DNA from: a virus
Strand: one strand, 5' to 3'
DNA length: 9,649 bases
Virus genome (UHGV): UHGV-1443331
Part shown: piece after piece, positions 1 to 7,944 of the stretch
How positions within the stretch are numbered: the first letter of the stretch is position 1
How the letters are laid out: every line of letters begins with the position of its first letter
Notes under the pieces: generated by a model
What the model saw: the letters and a program-made list of their open reading frames with translations, nothing else
Told to the model about the DNA's origin: nothing
The model's database searches: none
Position numbers and translations under genes: made by a program

Positions 1-71
1 CTTCCTCCTTCTTGATCTGTAAATATACAGTTCTAAGCTGTCATAAGACTGACTGTCATATGACAACGTTG

Positions 72-416
72 TTAGATTTTTGAATTTTTCGAATACAGAT
101 TCAGGTCGTTAATAACGCACTCAGGTTCTTCAGTAAGGGGCATATTGTCTATATCGAAAACCCCATCATTTTTTTGTGGATTATCATTCCGCAGCTCTGC
201 AAACAGAGGAGTGAGATCCTGCTGTGCTTCTCCTCGCTCTGCGACCAGTTCGAACGTTTTATTTTTTGCCGCATCGTTGCTCAGAGCTGTTACAAGAACC
301 TGGGCGATTTGCTCCCGGGAGATAACACCATCTTCCGGCGTTCCCGCATGGCGTCTGTCCCCCTGAAGCATGACGATTCTGTGCTCATCATCATTGTTGT
401 AATCAAACCCCTTCAT
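72..416 (-). pseudogene. C-terminal fragment of an NAD(P)-binding (NmrA/SDR-like) oxidoreductase; apparently 5'-truncated remnant
   Basis: 114-aa ORF with motif GTPEDGVISREQIAQVLVTAL...KTFEL, typical of the C-terminal half of NAD(P)H-binding family proteins (recalled, not searched). No Shine-Dalgarno before the ATG at 416 and an in-frame stop at 441-443 leave no room for the N-terminal Rossmann segment. Confidence 0.4.
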
Positions 417-429
417 GAATGCGCTTTGA

Positions 430-1128
<699 letters not shown>

Positions 1129-1315
1129 GGGATATAGTGCCATCAAAGCGCTGGCTGCTGTAAACAACGCAATTATCCAACTCATGGTCTATGGTGTGCC
1201 ATCACTGAACAGAGGTTGAATTTTTCTACCGAAACGGGAGGGAAGTCAGAAATCACAACGTATTGATTTATCTGTGTGTGGATGTGAATGGTGAAGTAAA
1301 GGATCTTCACAGGTA

Positions 1316-1343
1316 ATTTAACATAATATACATTATGCGCACC
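1316..1343 (-). other. dif: dif site (XerC/XerD chromosome dimer resolution site); left attachment site of the integrated phage
   Basis: Reverse complement of 1316..1343 is GGTGCGCATAATGTATATTATGTTAAAT, the canonical enterobacterial dif 28-mer as recalled from memory (XerC arm GGTGCGCATAA, central TGTATA, XerD arm TTATGTTAAAT). Confidence 0.85.
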
Positions 1344-1362
1344 AATGGTAAGGATGGTGGGA
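1329..1362 (+). repeat. Left copy of >=34-bp direct repeat (part of dif central region, XerC arm and 19 bp beyond); partner at 9616..9649
   Basis: tacattatgcgcaccaatggtaaggatggtggga occurs identically at 1329..1362 and 9616..9649; the match breaks one base upstream (a1328 versus g9615). Confidence 0.9.
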
Positions 1363-1381
1363 ACTGGCGTTACCGGTGCCG

Positions 1382-1615
1382 TCATTGGTCACAGACCGTA
1401 ATCCACTGGCCCAGGACGTCTTTCAGGCAATGTTGGCATAAATCCAGTTTTAAGCGATTACTGTCACCAAAAATTGAACCGTATCCAGCTAAGTGATTAA
1501 CAGACAGAAACTCATTGAACTCAATGTCATCTACCACCGTCTTCGCATGGCGACCACAGCGATCGCAGGTCTTCGCACATAACATTACAGTATCGCTGGA
1601 TGTGAAAAATTGCAT
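1382..1615 (-). CDS. Small Cys4 zinc-ribbon protein (77 aa), function unknown; phage accessory gene
   Basis: ORF with strong Shine-Dalgarno (GAGGAGAT, about 7 nt before the ATG at 1615). Cys pattern C13-x3-C17-x2-C20 ... C61-x2-C64 suggests a zinc ribbon. Same strand as the phage genes, downstream of gIV. Confidence 0.6.
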   Translation of the reverse strand: MQFFTSSDTVMLCAKTCDRCGRHAKTVVDDIEFNEFLSVNHLAGYGSIFGDSNRLKLDLCQHCLKDVLGQWITVCDQ

Positions 1616-1688
1616 TTTATCTCCTCGTAATGCTGCCGCGCCGAATCAGCAATAACGCTAAAAAAACAGAATTGTTCGGCTTGGCCAA

Positions 1689-1729
1689 CCCCGGACACTA
1701 ACAAAAGCAAGTTTTGTCACTGTCCGGGG
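1689..1729 (-). terminator. Long imperfect hairpin 3 nt after the 102-aa ORF stop; possible terminator or RNA structure
   Basis: ccccggaca pairs with tgtccgggg (9 bp), with an inner 6-bp stem acaaaa/ttttgt around a 5-nt loop. On the minus strand a T7 run (complement of 1660..1666) follows about 22 nt downstream, which is not canonical spacing. Confidence 0.35.
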
Positions 1730-1732
1730 TTA

Positions 1733-2041
1733 TCATATAAACCAATAGACCGTCCTTACGCCATTCTGGTTATCAATAACATAGCCGCATTGTTTCCTTA
1801 AAAATTCTTCTGCTAAATCAATGGCTTTTAAAGAAATCTCATAAGAAGGAAGTAAAGTGTATCCTTTCCCTTCACTGGCAGCTGCTTTGATCGCATCCAG
1901 AGTATTATCAATCAGTAACAGAGCAAGTGATGCTTCATTTACCTGAGCCGAAGAACTTCTGGCTGCAAGTGTCATTGTTTTTGCTTCTTCCGCTGTAATC
2001 GTTCGTTCTGCCAGAGCAGATAAAATCCCATAAGAATCCAT
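1733..2041 (-). CDS. Hypothetical protein (102 aa), phage accessory gene downstream of gIV
   Basis: ORF on the same strand as the phage genes; GGGGT Shine-Dalgarno-like motif about 6 nt before the ATG at 2041. No recognisable motif. Confidence 0.5.
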   Translation of the reverse strand: MDSYGILSALAERTITAEEAKTMTLAARSSSAQVNEASLALLLIDNTLDAIKAAASEGKGYTLLPSYEISLKAIDLAEEFLRKQCGYVIDNQNGVRTVYWFI

Positions 2042-2061
2042 TAGTTACCCCAATCAATAAT

Positions 2062-2121
2062 GTCCATTTGATGGATAGCGAGCAGGGCTCACGCACCTAC
2101 CCGCTATCCATCAAAGTGGAC
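2062..2121 (-). repeat. 19-bp inverted repeat (hairpin with 21-nt loop) spanning the gIV stop codon; candidate packaging signal or structured element
   Basis: gtccatttgatggatagcg (2062..2080) pairs with cgctatccatcaaagtggac (2102..2121) with one bulged base; loop 2081..2101. It sits where Ff phages carry the post-gIV terminator and packaging-signal hairpin. Confidence 0.5.
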
Positions 2122-3376
2122 GAATGATATGTGCTGTAAGCAAAATATACATAATACGCTGTTCATTGCTGTCTGCCTTGCTACTGAAAATCCAGCCTAT
2201 AAGAGGAATTTTACTTATAACTGGAACTGAACGCTCAGCATTGCTAAACGATGAATCGATAAGCCCCCCCAATAACAACGTCTGACCATCCTTAATCTGG
2301 ACTGTCGTCTGAATCTGGCGCTGATTAGTAATAATATCGGATGCCTGATCATCATTGCTGATTGAATCAGCGCGAGTGTCGATAGTCAGAACTAGTTGCC
2401 CGTTACCCATGACAACAGGCGTTACCTTGAGAGAAACGCCAACATCATGACGCTCGATAGTCTGAAACGGATTATTTACCCCGGCAGATTCGCCCGTTAC
2501 CTTTCCGGTGATAAACGGCACATTCTTACCTACGGAAATGTAACCAGTCTGACCAGACTGAGTAAGAATACGCGGCGTTGAAATCACCTTAGAGCGTGAA
2601 TTACTCTGGACAGCACGCAGAGACAGCGCCAACACGTTACCATCAAAAATACCAAAAGAACCGCCCGCCGTAGAAAGAGCGCTACCCAGTGCAGAAGTAT
2701 TAAAGCCCCCCGCAACCTTATGACCGGATGCAGAACCTGCCGCAAACGATAAATCAACGCCATCAGACAAGCTGGTTTCAAACATCAGCGACTGAATGAG
2801 AACCTGATCGCGGGCAACATCCACAGAATTGATAAAATCGGACAGAACCGGCAGCAGCTCGTCAGGCGCAGAAACAATCAGCGAGTTATTGCCTGGATAA
2901 TCCACGACATTACCACCACCATTAGAATCAAGATAAATTTTAATCAGTTGCTGAACATCGGACGATCTAACTTTTGTCAGCTTAAAATTTCTGACCGTAA
3001 GCGCCACAGGTACTGGCTGGTAAGATGGCTCAGAAGGAAAAGTATCATAAGACTGGTTATCAGAATCATCGGAATCCGAAACCATCTGTGAAGGTAATTT
3101 AGACGGCAAAGAGACTACCGCAGGATTGCCAGAAAGCATGACAAAACCGTTAGCATTCAGAACAGACTTAAAGAAATCATCAATATTTGTTGGATTAACA
3201 TCAGCATTAAATACGGTTACGTTTCCTTTAATATCAGGATTAACAATAACAGGCTTGCCAGTTTTTGAAGAATACCACTGAACAAATGAGCGAACAGATG
3301 AATTGTTTAAATTAACAGTTTCAGCAGAAACGCAGAATGAACAGGCAAATAAAAAAGCAACAATAACAGAGCGCAT
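2111..3376 (-). CDS. IV: Filamentous phage pIV, outer-membrane secretin for virion export
   Basis: Signal-peptide-like start MRSVIVAFLFACSFCVSAETVNL with AGGAGT Shine-Dalgarno before the ATG at 3376 (the ORF track's upstream extension to 3469 overlaps gI and lacks a signal peptide). C-terminal secretin-type motif VPVISKIPLIGWIFSS. Last gene in Ff order after gI. Confidence 0.9.
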   Translation of the reverse strand: MRSVIVAFLFACSFCVSAETVNLNNSSVRSFVQWYSSKTGKPVIVNPDIKGNVTVFNADVNPTNIDDFFKSVLNANGFVMLSGNPAVVSLPSKLPSQMVSDSDDSDNQSYDTFPSEPSYQPVPVALTVRNFKLTKVRSSDVQQLIKIYLDSNGGGNVVDYPGNNSLIVSAPDELLPVLSDFINSVDVARDQVLIQSLMFETSLSDGVDLSFAAGSASGHKVAGGFNTSALGSALSTAGGSFGIFDGNVLALSLRAVQSNSRSKVISTPRILTQSGQTGYISVGKNVPFITGKVTGESAGVNNPFQTIERHDVGVSLKVTPVVMGNGQLVLTIDTRADSISNDDQASDIITNQRQIQTTVQIKDGQTLLLGGLIDSSFSNAERSVPVISKIPLIGWIFSSKADSNEQRIMYILLTAHIIRPL

Positions 3377-3383
3377 AATAATA

Positions 3384-3758
3384 TTACTCCTGACAGATAA
3401 CAGTCTGTAAATAACGGCCTTTTCTAATAACAACACGACAGGCATCTTTAATATCAACGGAATAACCATCTTTAATCAAATCAAAATACTGATATTTCGT
3501 ACCTTTTGCATCAACAAACGTAACGGAAACGTCAAAGCCAAGTTGTGAAAAAGAATTAATAGAAAGTCGGGGTAAGTCACTGGACGAATCAGGCGTTACC
3601 GCCCTCGCCTGTTCAGCATAAGCAGATTTAATAGCGGAGATTTCATCAACATTCTTTCCAGACTGGAGCCAGAAACCAAGCGCAAGCCCCAGCGCCAAAA
3701 AAGAAAGCATTAATATAAGACGGTTCGATTTGCGAAAATAAATTTTCGTGAGGCGCAT
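3384..3758 (-). CDS. XI: Candidate pXI: in-frame internal restart within gI giving the C-terminal 124 aa including the TM segment
   Basis: Internal ATG at 3758 (MRLTKIYFRKSNRLILMLSF...) lies just upstream of the TM helix, as for pXI in Ff phages. Inferred by analogy only. Confidence 0.3.
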   Translation of the reverse strand: MRLTKIYFRKSNRLILMLSFLALGLALGFWLQSGKNVDEISAIKSAYAEQARAVTPDSSSDLPRLSINSFSQLGFDVSVTFVDAKGTKYQYFDLIKDGYSVDIKDACRVVIRKGRYLQTVICQE

Positions 3759-4478
3759 ATAATAATTAAATCCTCTGTGAACAGAAAATTGACCGTGCGT
3801 GATAAATGGTGGCAAAAGCGAATAAGCACCATGCGGATAGTTATCAGTAAAAACCTGTTTTGTATTGTAGGCGGAATATAATGATTTTCCGGTGTATATC
3901 CATTTATCAACAGTAATTGAATTAACGTTATCACCATATTTGACAATGCCAAAGTGTACCTTTGGTAAAGAAAATCGCGCCCCTGAAACCAAATTCATAA
4001 TGGAGCCAACAAAAGGAATGTTTAATTTATCTGAACGGCGACAATAAACAACATGCTCAGCAAGCGCCAGACGAGCTTGCTTATCCATTATCGAAATATC
4101 CTGAATCAAAAATATAATATCCCAGCCTAATTTTCTGGCATGTAAAAACCAGTCAATAACAGGTTGTCTGTCTTTATCACCCCATGAGCGGGAATTAAAC
4201 CAAGTACCACATTCATCAAGTACAAGGAGGCCATTACGGGATTCATCGTAAGATGTATTCCCAATACCAATAGCAAGTAAATCATTTAATGAAGGCTTGT
4301 CAGGAATGCGAATAACGCGCGTTTTTTTCGCATAACGCCCAACCATAGGCATATTATGCAATTTAAGATCAAGATTAGTGGCAACAGGACAACCCTTAGC
4401 AAGTCTTTCCTGTATTCTGGAAACACTAACAAGTGTCTTGCCTGAGCCTAATTTGCCTGTTACTACATGAACCGCCAT
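3384..4478 (-). CDS. I: Filamentous phage pI, assembly ATPase (Zot-like) with Walker A motif
   Basis: N-terminus MAVHVVTGKLGSGKTLVSV...LLVLDECGTWFNSRSW...DWFLHARKLGWDIIFLIQD is near-identical in pattern to M13 pI as recalled; Walker A GKLGSGKT; internal TM segment LILMLSFLALGLALGFWL. Confidence 0.95.
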   Translation of the reverse strand: MAVHVVTGKLGSGKTLVSVSRIQERLAKGCPVATNLDLKLHNMPMVGRYAKKTRVIRIPDKPSLNDLLAIGIGNTSYDESRNGLLVLDECGTWFNSRSWGDKDRQPVIDWFLHARKLGWDIIFLIQDISIMDKQARLALAEHVVYCRRSDKLNIPFVGSIMNLVSGARFSLPKVHFGIVKYGDNVNSITVDKWIYTGKSLYSAYNTKQVFTDNYPHGAYSLLPPFITHGQFSVHRGFNYYMRLTKIYFRKSNRLILMLSFLALGLALGFWLQSGKNVDEISAIKSAYAEQARAVTPDSSSDLPRLSINSFSQLGFDVSVTFVDAKGTKYQYFDLIKDGYSVDIKDACRVVIRKGRYLQTVICQE

Positions 4479-4820
4479 TTAAATCACCCTGTTTGCATAA
4501 TCAAGAAATTTTTGTTTTAAATCGAAAACAAAAACACTGATACGAGTAACCATAATAACGTTAACACACGCCTGAAAATGGTCAGGCAATACAGACGCCA
4601 TTAAATGGGAGAAATCAGCAGGTAAACCGTTATACATGACCTCAGCAAGGTACTGCATTAAAAGCGTAACAGTTGTTGTAATTAATGCGACCAATGCAAA
4701 GGCGATTAATCCTGTTCTGGTAGCAAGTCGAGCTAAAAAACTCGCCACATAGCCAATAAACAAAGGAACAAGACCAATAAGAAAACGCAACAATGCAGGA
4801 ATACCTAATAATAAAGGCAT
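4479..4820 (-). CDS. VI: Filamentous phage pVI, minor coat protein
   Basis: [17 protein letters not shown]... resembles M13 pVI MPVLLGIPLLLRFLGFL... (recalled), with C-terminal FVFDLKQKFLDY versus FIFDVKQKIVSY. ATG at 4820 overlaps the gIII TGA stop (ATGA junction); the track's GTG at 4823 adds one residue. Confidence 0.9.
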   Translation of the reverse strand: MPLLLGIPALLRFLIGLVPLFIGYVASFLARLATRTGLIAFALVALITTTVTLLMQYLAEVMYNGLPADFSHLMASVLPDHFQACVNVIMVTRISVFVFDLKQKFLDYANRVI

Positions 4821-6070
4821 CACTCACCCCCTTTGCGAAGCAATGAAGTTAAAGAAGTAAAGACATACCAGAACGTAAGGCAATAAAAAACCCATGAAAG
4901 AACATCTTTAATAGTCAGTAATTTATCGCAACCAATATCAATCTGATAAACCTCTCCGGGAAAAATAATAAAATCAGAGCAGCCGTTACCATTGGGTAAA
5001 TTAGGCAGCATAGCACCTTTATTTAAAAATGCTTCCCATAAAGCACCGTGAGAATCCTTTTCAATTCCCAATTCAGAATCAGCCAAAGTAGAAGCGCCAT
5101 CTAATTCAGAGTCGCCCTTTCCATAACGAGAATCACCACCTGAAGGGTCAGCAAAACGGCCAGCCCCCCGCGTAAGATTGTTAATGGAATCGTCAAGACG
5201 ATTTATATTATTCCTAGTTTGTTCATCGGCATTTTTTTTATCATCTGATGAAGTGTCTTTCTCCGTTAATTTATCATGAATATCGCTGGCTATTTTGGGT
5301 GAAGCACCTTCGATAGCAGACTGAATATCACCTTTAGAAAGACTGGAACCACTAAAGCCACCGCCAGAACTACCGCCACCGGACTCACCACCGCCAGAAC
5401 TACCGCCACCGGACTCACCACCGCCAGACTCACCACCGCCAGACTCACCACCACCATTTTGGGGGGTTGAGGGTTTATCAGAGGGGTCAGCTACAGTACC
5501 TGTAGGCTTCCATGTTGCAGCGCAAACAGTACCATCACCCTGACAAACAATGACACCAGTAGCCTCATATTCACAGCCGTTATAGTAGATATAACGACCA
5601 CCATCATATGAATCAACATTATTAAATACACCTTCTTCTGGCGGCTTCGCTTCACAAATTTCTTCTGGTGTCGGGTCAGTAGGTTTTTCATCAGGAACAG
5701 AACGCTGAATATCACCAACAATATAAGCCGTTAAAGACCAATATTTATCCTTCTGCCCTGGTGAATCGCTGTAAGTACAATCACCAGTAAAAACAAGACG
5801 GAATTCAGAATCAGGCCAGATACCCTCATAAGTTGGTTTAACCTGAGTAAATACACTCTGAGCACTGGATTTAGCACCCTGACAAGCGGAGGCCTGCATA
5901 GCAGCATCAATATAGTAAACCGTTGACTTAGAGCCATCCTGATTGGTTATTTGCTTACTTTCAGCGTAGGCAGAGCTTTGATAAGTGGATTTAGTAATGC
6001 TTTCCCATGACTCAGCATGTGAAAAAGGAGAAATGAGGACAGCGGAAAGAATTAATATTTTCCTTTTCAT
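4820..6070 (-). CDS. III: Filamentous phage pIII, adsorption/attachment protein with signal peptide, Gly-rich linker and C-terminal membrane anchor
   Basis: Start at ATG 6070 ([19 protein letters not shown] signal peptide), directly after the post-gVIII terminator; the track's extension to 6214 overlaps gVIII. Linker [13 protein letters not shown]... and C-terminus [36 protein letters not shown] resemble M13 g3p (recalled). Confidence 0.9.
   Translation of the reverse strand: MKRKILILSAVLISPFSHAESWESITKSTYQSSAYAESKQITNQDGSKSTVYYIDAAMQASACQGAKSSAQSVFTQVKPTYEGIWPDSEFRLVFTGDCTYSDSPGQKDKYWSLTAYIVGDIQRSVPDEKPTDPTPEEICEAKPPEEGVFNNVDSYDGGRYIYYNGCEYEATGVIVCQGDGTVCAATWKPTGTVADPSDKPSTPQNGGGESGGGESGGGESGGGSSGGGESGGGSSGGGFSGSSLSKGDIQSAIEGASPKIASDIHDKLTEKDTSSDDKKNADEQTRNNINRLDDSINNLTRGAGRFADPSGGDSRYGKGDSELDGASTLADSELGIEKDSHGALWEAFLNKGAMLPNLPNGNGCSDFIIFPGEVYQIDIGCDKLLTIKDVLSWVFYCLTFWYVFTSLTSLLRKGGE
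5356..5454 (-). repeat. Perfect tandem DNA repeats encoding the pIII Gly/Ser/Glu linker
   Basis: 30-bp unit cgccagaactaccgccaccggactcaccac at 5361..5390 repeats exactly at 5391..5420; 15-bp unit cgccagactcaccac at 5421..5435 and 5436..5450. Confidence 0.9.
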
Positions 6071-6082
6071 AGTAACCCGCTT

Positions 6083-6107
6083 TAATAAAGGGGCAACGAG
6101 TGCCCCT
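6083..6107 (-). terminator. Rho-independent terminator between gVIII and gIII (the Ff central terminator position)
   Basis: On the minus strand: stem AGGGGCA, loop CTCGT, stem TGCCCCT, then TTTATT, starting 9 nt after the gVIII stop. Confidence 0.8.
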
Positions 6108-6116
6108 GAGTGAAAT

Positions 6117-6359
6117 TCAAACCGCTTTTGAAGAGAATTTTTTGAAAATACGAATGGCAAGCCCAGCGCCAACCACAGCCACAACAACAGGCCATACTTT
6201 ACCAATGAGATCATTTGCCTGAGTCAACAAAGCATCCATTGCCTGACCTGCATAATCAGTACCACCTGTAGCGCCTTCAGCCGCAAAAGAACTTGCAGAA
6301 ACAAAAAGCGCAGTTGAAGCCAGAGCAACTTTATATTTAACAGTAGACAGAATTTTCAT
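6117..6359 (-). CDS. VIII: Filamentous phage pVIII, major coat protein (IKe-like)
   Basis: 80 aa with signal peptide ending SFA/AEG. Mature region [46 protein letters not shown] closely matches IKe g8p (...[41 protein letters not shown], recalled). GGAG Shine-Dalgarno upstream. Confidence 0.95.
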   Translation of the reverse strand: MKILSTVKYKVALASTALFVSASSFAAEGATGGTDYAGQAMDALLTQANDLIGKVWPVVVAVVGAGLAIRIFKKFSSKAV

Positions 6360-6378
6360 AGGAATAACTCCATTAAGG

Positions 6379-6474
6379 TTACATTAATCGGTCAGAAAAT
6401 GATTTAAATGAACCGACCGCATAGAAAAGGGCAAAACCAAAGGTATAAGCCCCGAAGAAATAAACGATATACAT
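6379..6474 (-). CDS. IX: Filamentous phage pIX, minor coat protein (31 aa)
   Basis: Small hydrophobic ORF MYIVYFFGAYTFGFALFYAVGSFKSFSDRLM whose ATG overlaps the gVII stop (TAATG), placed between gVII and gVIII as in Ff. It is the true coding part of the track's 74-aa ORF 6379..6603. Confidence 0.75.
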   Translation of the reverse strand: MYIVYFFGAYTFGFALFYAVGSFKSFSDRLM

Positions 6475-6560
6475 TAACGAAAGACCCCCGCAGTAATCGC
6501 GCCGAGGCCAAAAGAAATAACGATGCCAGACGCTATCAAAATTTGAATAACATCGTCCAT
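6474..6560 (-). CDS. VII: Filamentous phage pVII, minor coat protein (28 aa)
   Basis: Hand-translated small ORF MDDVIQILIASGIVISFGLGAITAGVFR, resembling the M13 pVII C-terminus ...VLCFALGIIAGGQR (recalled). AAAGG Shine-Dalgarno upstream; begins 3 nt after the gV stop. Confidence 0.75.
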   Translation of the reverse strand: MDDVIQILIASGIVISFGLGAITAGVFR

Positions 6561-6562
6561 AT

Positions 6563-6880
6563 TTAACCTTTGATCTCTGCGATGCCACCATCGGAAGAAA
6601 CATTATAAGTTACACCTTCCCTACCCTCCATTGACCACGCACGGACATAGACAGGAATTTGAACTAATTTCCCAATGAAAGCATTCGCCTGGTTCATTAG
6701 ACCTGCGTTAACGAGAGTCTGAGAAACTCGAATAATAATTTGATCCTGCTTTGTACCACCAAAACCATCAGGTATTTCAAGGCCAATACCAATTTCATTA
6801 TAATAGCCCTGACCATTAACTTTATTACGTTGGCGGGCTCCCAACATTTTACCCTTAACGAAAAGACCATAATTAGACAT
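6563..6880 (-). CDS. V: Gene V-position protein, putative ssDNA-binding protein (105 aa)
   Basis: Only ORF of 60 aa or more between gII and gVII; AGGAAAG Shine-Dalgarno before the ATG at 6880. Sequence similarity to Ff gVp is not obvious, so the call rests on position. Confidence 0.55.
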   Translation of the reverse strand: MSNYGLFVKGKMLGARQRNKVNGQGYYNEIGIGLEIPDGFGGTKQDQIIIRVSQTLVNAGLMNQANAFIGKLVQIPVYVRAWSMEGREGVTYNVSSDGGIAEIKG

Positions 6881-6891
6881 ATTACTTTCCT

Positions 6892-7206
6892 TTAATGCCA
6901 GCTACTGGCGTGCGAAATACGGTTGTAATCGAAAATAAAACCTTTCTCATAAATCCATAAGGGGATTTCCACTGGCTTGGCTTCCAGCGTTCTTATTAGC
7001 GGAACAACGTTATTAGAGTCTGGTGAATCACAATAGAAATTAATATCGATACCGAACGAAAGCAATTCTCTTCTATGGCGATAAAAAGTGTTATGAGGTA
7101 ACATTTCTTTCATGTTAGCCCCTTGTTTCCAAAGTAAATAAGTTGACTGTATTTTTCTTGGCAGTTTCGTTATTTTTTCATCACTTAAAATAGCATTCTG
7201 ATTCAT
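6892..7206 (-). CDS. X: Candidate pX: in-frame internal restart within gII giving the C-terminal 104 aa
   Basis: Internal ATG at 7206 preceded by GGGAGAA about 9 nt upstream; Ff phages make pX (111 aa in M13) this way. Inferred by analogy. Confidence 0.3.
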   Translation of the reverse strand: MNQNAILSDEKITKLPRKIQSTYLLWKQGANMKEMLPHNTFYRHRRELLSFGIDINFYCDSPDSNNVVPLIRTLEAKPVEIPLWIYEKGFIFDYNRISHASSWH

Positions 7207-7944
7207 TTCTATTCTCCCTACATATTCAGAGAATAATTGACGTGGTGTTTTCATATTCCAGTTAGCGCCAAGCGTTAAATTTAAATCAATAAGCTCAGTT
7301 GTTCTTAATGTTAATTCAATACGTAATTTATCTTTCGTCCAGTCCAGTAACCCGGCTCGTACAAAATCTTCGGCTATCTGGTGCCCTTTTTTACCCGAAA
7401 CGTGTTCATCATATTTTGAATAAAATTTCAGACTCCATCGACGGGAGTTTTTACCTAAATAAACTGTACCGCCTTTCCCACATGCGCGACCATGGCGTGT
7501 TTTAGCTTTAAATTCGGCGGCATAAAGCCATGATCTGACATTTTCTAGCGTAGATAATGAATACATGTAATTAATGTCAACACGTGAAATTTTATACTGA
7601 CCTGCTATAACAGCTTTATAAGACGCTAAATCATGAGGAATATTCAATAAGGATAAAATCCTGGCATAGACCGTCAACATGAGCCCTTGTATATCATCCG
7701 ACCCAACAACAGAATGCCCCTGCAAAAACTTGGACGGATTACCATCAATGTACAAATGTGTCGCTTTACCTTCGCCATTAGATCCTATCGATCGTACTTT
7801 CATCGTTGCTTCATGCGAGCCGCGAACAGTCAGTCGCTTAACGGTTTCCCACTCAATTGCACCGTCAGCATCAACGCTGACAACACTCCCCGCCGGAAGC
7901 GGTTTGTGTGTGCAAGGGAAAATCCCGGTAAGCCAATCGATCAC
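6892..7944 (-). CDS. II: Filamentous phage pII, rolling-circle replication initiator (nickase)
   Basis: Motifs GNPSKFLQGHSVVGSDD and NNVVPLIR match M13 pII (ASPAKVLQGHNVFGTTD, NNVVPLVR; recalled). Preferred start is GTG at 7944 (protein begins IDWLTG, compare M13 MIDMLV) with a strong TGAGGAT Shine-Dalgarno; the track's GTG at 7986 is an upstream in-frame alternative. Confidence 0.9.
   Translation of the reverse strand: MIDWLTGIFPCTHKPLPAGSVVSVDADGAIEWETVKRLTVRGSHEATMKVRSIGSNGEGKATHLYIDGNPSKFLQGHSVVGSDDIQGLMLTVYARILSLLNIPHDLASYKAVIAGQYKISRVDINYMYSLSTLENVRSWLYAAEFKAKTRHGRACGKGGTVYLGKNSRRWSLKFYSKYDEHVSGKKGHQIAEDFVRAGLLDWTKDKLRIELTLRTTELIDLNLTLGANWNMKTPRQLFSEYVGRIEMNQNAILSDEKITKLPRKIQSTYLLWKQGANMKEMLPHNTFYRHRRELLSFGIDINFYCDSPDSNNVVPLIRTLEAKPVEIPLWIYEKGFIFDYNRISHASSWH

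Noticed and set aside
1291-1310. Short hairpin gtgaag-taaaggat-cttcac just left of dif
   Set aside because: Only a 6-bp stem, with no sequence reason to assign function; noted as possible dif-flanking structure but not called.
1182-1385. 67-aa minus-strand ORF
   Set aside because: It runs straight across the dif site and the direct repeat, with no Shine-Dalgarno or recognisable motif; taken as a chance ORF.
2396-2781. ORFs 2396..2581 (+) and 2584..2781 (-) inside gIV
   Set aside because: They overlap the secretin gene in other frames or on the other strand and are not supported by anything else.
3377-3469. N-terminal extension of the gIV ORF (track start 3469)
   Set aside because: It overlaps the end of gI and has no signal peptide; ATG 3376 has an AGGAGT Shine-Dalgarno and yields a secretin-type signal peptide.
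3710-3952. 80-aa minus-strand ORF inside gI
   Set aside because: Alternative frame within the conserved pI coding region; it is not the in-frame pXI restart.
4642-4827. 61-aa minus-strand ORF overlapping gVI
   Set aside because: Out-of-frame overlap with the well-conserved pVI sequence, Cys-rich artefactual translation.
5356-5454. Possible CRISPR array or other non-coding repeat array
   Set aside because: The repeats are in-frame codons for the pIII Gly-rich linker with no spacer structure; no CRISPR-like repeat-spacer array exists anywhere in the window.
5491-5937. Minus-strand ORFs 5491..5721 and 5731..5937 inside gIII
   Set aside because: Alternative frames within pIII with low-complexity translations.
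6071-6214. N-terminal 48-codon extension of the gIII ORF (track start 6214)
   Set aside because: It overlaps the 3' end of gVIII and the intervening terminator; the signal peptide begins at the ATG at 6070.
6379-6603. 74-aa ORF from the six-frame track spanning the gVII/gIX region
   Set aside because: Only its last 31 codons (6379..6474) are coding, as pIX; the upstream part is read-through across the pVII gene in another frame. pVII (6474..6560) is below the track's length cut-off and was found by hand translation.
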